This document shows positions 26,493 to 32,000 of a DNA stretch of 32,000 nucleotides, piece by piece. The translations under genes were made by a program, and so were the position numbers. The notes below the pieces were generated by a model. The model worked only from the letters and a program-made list of their open reading frames with translations, searched no databases and had not been told where the DNA came from. Every line of letters begins with the position of its first letter. Position 1 is the first letter of the stretch. The DNA is from Candidatus Saccharimonadota bacterium (lineage in GTDB: Bacteria; Patescibacteriota; Saccharimonadia; Saccharimonadales; UBA4665), in contig OY970350.1 of assembly GCA_963718045.1 (NCBI GenBank), positions 300,001 through 332,000 of the forward strand. Direction: 5' to 3'.

Positions 26493-27869
26493 TTATTCCC
26501 TTGGTTCTGAATGTTTAGTATCTACAGAGCGGAATCGTTGCTTGTCAGTATCAAAGTATAACTCAACTCCGCCTGTAGGACCATTGCGATGTTTCTTTAT
26601 AAGGATGTCAGTCAGCTTCTTTCGATCTGTTTCCGGATTGTAATATTCCTCTCGGTATATAAACATTACAACGTCAGAATCTTGCTCTATCGATCCGGAA
26701 TCTTTGAGGTCAGCTAGCTGCGGTATCTGCGGGGACCGGTTCTCAACCAACCGGTTTAACTGGCTTAGAGCCAGAACCGGAGTGTTGAGTTCTCGGGCTA
26801 CTCCCTTAAGTCCCCTGGATATTTCACTGATCTCTTGGACCCGGTTACCATCGTTGCTGAATCTGCTACTTCCCGTCATTAATTGTATATAGTCAACAAT
26901 AATTAACCCCAAGGGATGCTTGTGTGCTTCTCTTCTGGCTTTGGTGCGGATATCGCTTACCGTAATACCAGGACTGTCATCTATGTATATAGGTGACTCA
27001 GACAAGACGCCCATTGCTCGGCCAATTTTCTCAAAGTCACTGTCGGTTAAGTTTCCCGTTCTAAGTGCCCAGGCATCAACACCTGATTCCATAGAGAGTA
27101 ATCTGTCTACCAGCTGCTCTTTGCTCATTTCAAGACTGAAGATTAATACCGGTTCTTTGGACTGGGCAGTGATGTTATGAGCAAAGTTTAAGGCCAAACT
27201 CGTCTTTCCCATACTCGGTCTGGCAGCTAGAACCACAAGGTCGGATTTTTGGAAACCGGCAAGAGTATTATCCAGATCCTTATAGCCGGTTGGCAGACCT
27301 CTAATCTTTTGCTTGTCTTTATGCAAATCATCAAGACGGTCAAAACTTTCAGCTAGTATGGCTTCAAGGCTGACTATATTCTGCTTAATGTGCTGTTGGG
27401 AGACGTTAAACAGGCGTAACTCAGCGTCTTCTATGAGCTCTCTAAGCTGTTTAGATTCGTCTTGGCCTAGTTCTGCTATTTCCTTTGATGTGGCTATTAA
27501 GCGCCTTCTGAGTGCTTTCTGAGCCACAATATCGGCATATTGCTCAACATGGGCAGCAGTTGGCACGAAATTTGTTAGTTCGGTTAGATAAGACGGGCCG
27601 CCAATTATTTCTAAGTGGCCATCACCAGACAGCCGGTCGGATAAGGTTAGAACGTCAATGGCGCTGTGATCGTTATATAGGTCGATTATTGCCTGATAAA
27701 TATACTGATGCCGACGGTCGTAGAAATCCGAGGGGTTTAAAGTATCGGCTATTTTAACAATTGCTTCAGAATCAATTAGCAGCGCACCTAGTAAACTAGC
27801 TTCCGCTTCCAGGTTCTGCGGCGGATTGGTGCTTCTTAGGCTCCCCTCTTTTAAGTCTGATTGTGCCAT
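26493..27869 (-). CDS. dnaB: Replicative DNA helicase DnaB
   Basis: PQNLEAEASLLGALL, Walker A ARPSMGKTS, LIIVDYIQLM, and LSQLNR...P.L.DL.DSGSIEQDSD. Confidence 0.95.
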   Translation of the reverse strand: MAQSDLKEGSLRSTNPPQNLEAEASLLGALLIDSEAIVKIADTLNPSDFYDRRHQYIYQAIIDLYNDHSAIDVLTLSDRLSGDGHLEIIGGPSYLTELTNFVPTAAHVEQYADIVAQKALRRRLIATSKEIAELGQDESKQLRELIEDAELRLFNVSQQHIKQNIVSLEAILAESFDRLDDLHKDKQKIRGLPTGYKDLDNTLAGFQKSDLVVLAARPSMGKTSLALNFAHNITAQSKEPVLIFSLEMSKEQLVDRLLSMESGVDAWALRTGNLTDSDFEKIGRAMGVLSESPIYIDDSPGITVSDIRTKARREAHKHPLGLIIVDYIQLMTGSSRFSNDGNRVQEISEISRGLKGVARELNTPVLALSQLNRLVENRSPQIPQLADLKDSGSIEQDSDVVMFIYREEYYNPETDRKKLTDILIKKHRNGPTGGVELYFDTDKQRFRSVDTKHSEPRE

Positions 27870-27941
27870 AAAGTGAACTTATTATATAAGGTTTGGCTCG
27901 TGTTATAAAGCTAAGTCTGCCAGGTAGAACGCCTGGTTGTA

Positions 27942-29378
27942 CTACTGCGAATCAACAAGTTCTCCACCACCAAATATTTTATTGATGGCGTCTAGATCCT
28001 TGCTCTTTGGTTTTTCTGGCAACCCTAAGCCCTCTTTTTTTAAATCCGAGCCAGATTCATTTAAATAACATTCAATAACAAAGTCCTGGTCAGTAAGTTC
28101 CAGGATAATGTTAGATATTAACTGCTTGTTCTTTGTTTCAGAAACCTGTTTTTTATGGAATGGGAAGTCAAAGATTAAATCTAGCTGGTTATTGTCCTTA
28201 AAAACTGGCTGGGCCATCCTAACTATGCCGTACAGGGTATTATATCTATTCTTAAGCTCGTTTAGGATCTGCGGCCAGGTCTCTTCGCTGGCTATAGGCT
28301 TAGTGGATTTTTGAGGCATAACGTTTGCTGCCGCGGCTACCTTTTTAGGCAGTACTTCTTCTTTACCTTTTTCCGGCTTTACTTCTTTTACAGGGGTACT
28401 TTCAGCTTCATTGGGCGCTGGGAGTGCCTTAATTAACGTTAAAAGCAGGTATGAGTTTGGGTCAGCTGCGCCGTTAATATCTAAAAGATCTTTAAGCAGG
28501 TCTATGGCTCTTGTCGGTTCAAGGTTTAAACTGCCGTCGATTAACTTGTCTCTTAGATCATTCATTAGCCTTTTAGCCAGTAACTGGGCACTGAAGCCTT
28601 GATCGGATAAGTCTTTTAACTCATCGGCTATTTCCTTATATGTGCCCTTTTGGCTGTTTATTGTGGCTACAAGTTTATCTATGGCTAATGAAGGCGGTAT
28701 GCCTAAGATCCTTCTGACATCGTCTTCGGTTACTTCTTGTCCGCTGCTGCCCACCTGATCCAGCAGGCTGATACTGTCCCTGAAACTGCCGTCGCCGTGT
28801 TCAGCTATTAACTCAAGCGCCGGGTCAGTAATCTTAATCTTTTCTTTTCTGGCAATTTCCTTTAGGTGTGATACAGCGCTTAAATTATCTATTGGCTTAA
28901 AGCTGAACCTTTGAGTCCGGCTAATGATTGTTTCCGGCAGTTTATTGGGATCGGTAGTAGCCAGGATGAATATTACGTGGGCTGGCGGTTCCTCCAGTGT
29001 TTTTAAAAGGGCGTTAAAAGCTTCCTTAGTAAGCATGTGGACTTCATCGATGATATATACCTTATATTTAGCGCTGGACGGCATAGTATGGACTTTTTCT
29101 CTCAAGTCCCTGATTTCGTCAATCCGTCTGTTTGAGGCTGCATCTATTTCAATAATGTCGATATGAGGCTTGTCGTCGGTATAAGGAAGACCGTTTACCT
29201 CGTGGGCTAATATTCTGGCAACTGAAGTCTTGCCTACTCCTCTTGGACCGGTAAATAGATAAGCATGGCTAAGACGGTCAGACTTTAACGCTTCACCAAG
29301 CGTCTTAGTGATATGTTCCTGTCCGACTATCTCAGACAAATTCTTAGACCGGTACTTTCGGTATAACACCTGTGCCAT
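27942..29378 (-). CDS. dnaX: DNA polymerase III subunit gamma/tau
   Basis: YRKYRSKNLSEIVGQEH, Walker A GPRGVGKTS, YIIDEVHMLT, and sensor SRTQRF. Confidence 0.9.
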   Translation of the reverse strand: MAQVLYRKYRSKNLSEIVGQEHITKTLGEALKSDRLSHAYLFTGPRGVGKTSVARILAHEVNGLPYTDDKPHIDIIEIDAASNRRIDEIRDLREKVHTMPSSAKYKVYIIDEVHMLTKEAFNALLKTLEEPPAHVIFILATTDPNKLPETIISRTQRFSFKPIDNLSAVSHLKEIARKEKIKITDPALELIAEHGDGSFRDSISLLDQVGSSGQEVTEDDVRRILGIPPSLAIDKLVATINSQKGTYKEIADELKDLSDQGFSAQLLAKRLMNDLRDKLIDGSLNLEPTRAIDLLKDLLDINGAADPNSYLLLTLIKALPAPNEAESTPVKEVKPEKGKEEVLPKKVAAAANVMPQKSTKPIASEETWPQILNELKNRYNTLYGIVRMAQPVFKDNNQLDLIFDFPFHKKQVSETKNKQLISNIILELTDQDFVIECYLNESGSDLKKEGLGLPEKPKSKDLDAINKIFGGGELVDSQ

Positions 29379-29430
29379 TGTTGCCTTTATTATACGCTTT
29401 TAGATGTTTAAATATTGTTGTCTAATATAA

Positions 29431-29940
29431 CTAGAGAGCTGCTTCAAGGGCTGCCCATTCGGCAATACTGTCGTCTTCTGGAATATTGACACTAACCTGA
29501 TCGCCCGGCTTGGCCTTAAAGTATGTTACGCTGGCCAGCAGAATACGGTAGTTCTTGCCGTTTACATCTACAAAATAGTGGCCGTTCTCCAGTTTAAGAG
29601 TACCAACGACCTGCTTTCTAGGAATTGGACCGATCTGCTTATATAGGAAGGCACCATCTTCAGCAATAGTTAGTTTTAAAATATCACCCTGGACTAATTT
29701 AGACTTTGAAGCGTAGTTAGCCGGTACGGGATAGGTCTTGCCGTCGCTGCCAACCATGTTCTGACCGTCAAAGACGCCTTCAATTATCTTGCCCAAAGTT
29801 TCTTCTCTGGCAACAGGGGCAATCTTCTGGTCATCACCAACTAAACTAAGCAAAAGCTCAGTAGCGGCTGCTAGGTTTGTTTCAGCTTCCTGTATTAGTG
29901 TTCGTAAGCGTTTGACTTGCTTTTCAGGTACGTCAGCCAT
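29431..29940 (-). CDS. Hypothetical 169-aa protein between rplL and dnaX
   Basis: Clean open frame with an N-terminal helix and a C-terminal beta-rich region (GKTYPVPANYASKSKLVQGDILKL). No family recognised. Confidence 0.5.
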   Translation of the reverse strand: MADVPEKQVKRLRTLIQEAETNLAAATELLLSLVGDDQKIAPVAREETLGKIIEGVFDGQNMVGSDGKTYPVPANYASKSKLVQGDILKLTIAEDGAFLYKQIGPIPRKQVVGTLKLENGHYFVDVNGKNYRILLASVTYFKAKPGDQVSVNIPEDDSIAEWAALEAAL

Positions 29941-30085
29941 TTATTTCTCGTTTAATATATACTTTGGTTTATTTACTTCTTTACTCACCACATATAGTCA
30001 AGTGCATTTTAATGCACTCGGCAACTAAAAAGTACCATTTTTAAGCCGTGTCGTCAAAGTTTGTTAGTAGCTTGTGGAAAAGTGA

Positions 30086-30502
30086 CTAAGCAAGTTCGAC
30101 TGTTGCGCCAGCCTCTTCAAGGGCTTTCTTAGCGTTCTCAGCGTCTTCTTTCTTAGCCTTTTCTAGGATAGTTTTAGGAGCTGCGTCAACTAATGCCTTA
30201 GCTTCACCCAGTCCTAGACCAGTGATGTCTTTAACAGCCTTAATTATGGCTACTTTCTGAGCACCGGGGTCTTTAAGAACAACGTCGAACTCTGCCTTTT
30301 CTTCTTCAGCCGGAGCAGCGGCTTCGCCGCCATTAGCTGGAGCTACCATAGCTACAGCCGGTGCTGCCGCACTTACGCCCCAGTATTCCTCTAGGAATTT
30401 AACAAATTTGCTAATTTCTAGAGCACTTAGTTTGTCTAATTCTTTGACTAAACTTTCAAATTCTTTAGGTACAGTTACCTTTCCTTTATCACTATCTGCC
30501 AT
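30086..30502 (-). CDS. rplL: 50S ribosomal protein L7/L12
   Basis: An Ala-rich hinge followed by [39 protein letters not shown]...[14 protein letters not shown]. Confidence 0.95.
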   Translation of the reverse strand: MADSDKGKVTVPKEFESLVKELDKLSALEISKFVKFLEEYWGVSAAAPAVAMVAPANGGEAAAPAEEEKAEFDVVLKDPGAQKVAIIKAVKDITGLGLGEAKALVDAAPKTILEKAKKEDAENAKKALEEAGATVELA

Positions 30503-30513
30503 TTTAATTCTCC

Positions 30514-31050
30514 TTAATTACTATTTAACTGCTCACTGCGAGCATTTAGGACGTTCAATATTCCGCGTACATTGCCGCTTAATACGCTCGCAAAACCACT
30601 AAGCGGAGCGGCCAGCGTGCCAACCAGCATAGATCTTAACTGATCCTTTGACGGCAAGCTGGCTAGGACTTTAACGTCTTCTGATGGCAAGAAAATGCCA
30701 TCGAACGTTAGTGCGCCGACAAATTCTATTGTCGGACTGGTTTTAGCGAAGTTTGCCAGTGTTTGGGCTGGGGCTACCTCATCTTCGTTGTTAAAGGCAT
30801 ATAAGAGCATGTCGGAAAGTACCGAAGTGTCGACATCCTTAAATTTAGGGCTGTTTTTAAGAGCCTTTATTACCAGGCGGTTTTTAACAACCTTAATTAC
30901 GGTGCCGTTATCCCGGCCATTTCGTCTTAGCTCCTGCATAGCCTTAACACTTGTGCCTGAGTATTTGGCAGCCACAGTTAGTTTAGAAGTATTCAGTAAA
31001 CCAGATACCTCTTCTACCACCTGGGCTTTCTTATCTTTAGTTAATGCCAT
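30514..31050 (-). CDS. rplJ: 50S ribosomal protein L10
   Basis: [13 protein letters not shown]...[19 protein letters not shown]...VVKNRL. Canonical position immediately upstream of rplL. Confidence 0.9.
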   Translation of the reverse strand: MALTKDKKAQVVEEVSGLLNTSKLTVAAKYSGTSVKAMQELRRNGRDNGTVIKVVKNRLVIKALKNSPKFKDVDTSVLSDMLLYAFNNEDEVAPAQTLANFAKTSPTIEFVGALTFDGIFLPSEDVKVLASLPSKDQLRSMLVGTLAAPLSGFASVLSGNVRGILNVLNARSEQLNSN

Positions 31051-31125
31051 TTATTCTCACTTTATTTAATTAGTTTAAAGGCAATGTATCGACCACTGTA
31101 CGTGCCTTAAAATATCGTTGCCTAA

Positions 31126-31155
31126 ATAAAAAGCCTTTGGCTGTTTGCGCCAAAG
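31126..31155 (-). terminator. Intrinsic terminator or attenuator hairpin between the ThyX-like gene and rplJ
   Basis: On the minus strand: CTTTGGC (31155-31149), a 7-nt loop, GCCAAAG (31141-31135), then GCTTTTTATTT. It lies about 140 nt after the ThyX-like stop and about 85 nt before the rplJ ATG, so it could also belong to an L10 leader. Confidence 0.45.
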
Positions 31156-31293
31156 ACTAAAATAGATCTTTACCTCGGCGACATTATCAAGGAAAGTTGA
31201 TTCCCGTCGCTGTCTCTGGCAACGCTCAATGTATTATACTAAAAAACTTCCCTGAAGCCAAGTAATATTATGAAATAAATGTCGATCTACCGG

Positions 31294-32000
31294 CTATTTA
31301 AGATGTTTGAGCTTGAACTGAGTGTATCTTTCGGCTGCCAACCTGGTTAGTTCTGGATCTTCATCTTTGTTAACAAACTTCATTGATTCAGCAATTAAGG
31401 GGTGAACTTCGGCTAATTTGTCGTGCATTTGTTTGACAAGTTTTCTATATCCTGGGTGTCCCTGCGGGCTGGTTCGAAGTTCGTGTAGATGCATTGCTTC
31501 CCGGGCGTTATATGTTACCTTCCAGCGCATCTTGTGTCCTAGAAGCGTAGCGTATTGAGCTTCAAGGTCATAACCGGCTTTCTGCATCTTGCTAAATAAG
31601 CTAAGGCTTATATCAAAACAGGCGTCAAATTTGTCACCTAAGCCAGCCTGCTCGACGAGTTTTGGAGTTTCATAGCCGTATATAGGAGTTAATTGCTGCC
31701 ATTCAAGGTCGTCTACCATACGGTGTCTCTGTAGATCGCGGAAGATGCCGTAGTCACTAAGAAGGTCGAAAGAATAATGGGCTTTTTCCAGCGCTCTGCC
31801 CGGTCGGTGACGTCTGTTCAGCCTTTCGCCGATGTAAGTGTTAAATATCTCCAGCTTTTGCTCATAGGATAGCTTAAACAGCTCCTTTTTTATTTGTTCC
31901 AAGCTTAAAGCCGATGAGCTATAGAGCATATCGGCTATTAAATCCAGTTCGTTCTTAGGAAAGTAGTCGGTTAGAGTCACGTCTTCCAGTTCTTCTTCCA
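31294..32000 (-). CDS. ThyX-like (flavin-dependent thymidylate synthase family) protein; the frame is open to the window edge
   Basis: HYSFDLLSDYGIFRDLQRHRM (an RHR motif) and MHLHELRTSPQGHPGYR (resembles the ThyX LR...AQ.EIR block). The GTG at 31980 is only the first start candidate. Codons upstream of it (EEELED) remain open, so the gene may be longer. Confidence 0.5.
   Translation of the reverse strand, partial: EEELEDVTLTDYFPKNELDLIADMLYSSSALSLEQIKKELFKLSYEQKLEIFNTYIGERLNRRHRPGRALEKAHYSFDLLSDYGIFRDLQRHRMVDDLEWQQLTPIYGYETPKLVEQAGLGDKFDACFDISLSLFSKMQKAGYDLEAQYATLLGHKMRWKVTYNAREAMHLHELRTSPQGHPGYRKLVKQMHDKLAEVHPLIAESMKFVNKDEDPELTRLAAERYTQFKLKHLK

Noticed and set aside
28028-28045. An A-rich slippery-looking run (TTA AAA AAA GAG on the minus strand) in dnaX, considered as a possible tau/gamma programmed frameshift site.
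   Set aside because: It lies about 30 codons from the C-terminus. A frameshift there would not produce a gamma-like truncated product. No downstream stem-loop is evident. It is most likely just Lys-Lys codons.
30001-30018. A perfect 7-bp palindrome (AGTGCAT-TTTA-ATGCACT) between rplL and the 169-aa gene, considered as a terminator or operator.
   Set aside because: No T-run follows on either strand, and it is a single isolated occurrence. It could be a weak terminator or a protein-binding site, but nothing in the sequence discriminates between these.

Overview
The window is a compact, gene-dense bacterial chromosomal segment, about 90% coding, read with the standard genetic code. Several gene pairs overlap by 1-8 nt. 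I found no rRNA, CRISPR array, transposase or integrase. The style (small genome-like packing, moderately AT-rich) resembles Patescibacteria/CPR such as Saccharibacteria, but this window cannot prove that.

Housekeeping genes:
- Left end: atpD (5'-truncated by the window edge), atpC, mscL, a MIP-family channel, and a 1069-aa UvrD-like helicase fused to a PD-(D/E)xK nuclease.
- Right half: an RdgB-like NTP pyrophosphatase, tRNA-Gln(UUG), an AI-2E transporter, cysS, a DHH phosphoesterase, recR, ybaB, a polytopic membrane protein, dnaB, dnaX, rplL, rplJ, and a ThyX-like gene that runs off the right edge.
- Middle, 7.9-14.4 kb: one co-directional minus-strand block. In transcription order it encodes a sigma-region-4-only HTH protein, a 96-aa ORF, a PAS histidine kinase, a CheY-like receiver, a MacB/FtsX-type ABC permease and its ATPase, an OmpR-type regulator and a membrane histidine kinase.

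Most interesting locus: a 4-nt-overlapping gene pair at 6454-7670 on the minus strand. It encodes a DUF5343-like protein followed by a Swt1-like HEPN protein with an intact RNVLMH (Rx4H) motif. I read it as a candidate uncharacterised RNA-targeting toxin/sensor (defence or toxin-antitoxin-like) module. The first gene contains a G8 homopolymer, and the helicase-nuclease lies directly downstream on the same strand.

Other notable loci:
- A 25-nt duplicate of the tRNA-Gln 3' end, which looks like an att-site scar, next to three orphan genes including a 2H phosphoesterase.
- An 88-aa ORF translationally coupled to a Y-family polymerase, behind a roughly 280-nt leader.
- Several housekeeping proteins with unusual motif losses or gains: MscL with a zinc ribbon, RecR without its zinc finger, and an alpha/beta-hydrolase fold without a nucleophile.

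All family assignments come from motif recognition by eye. None has been checked by a database search.
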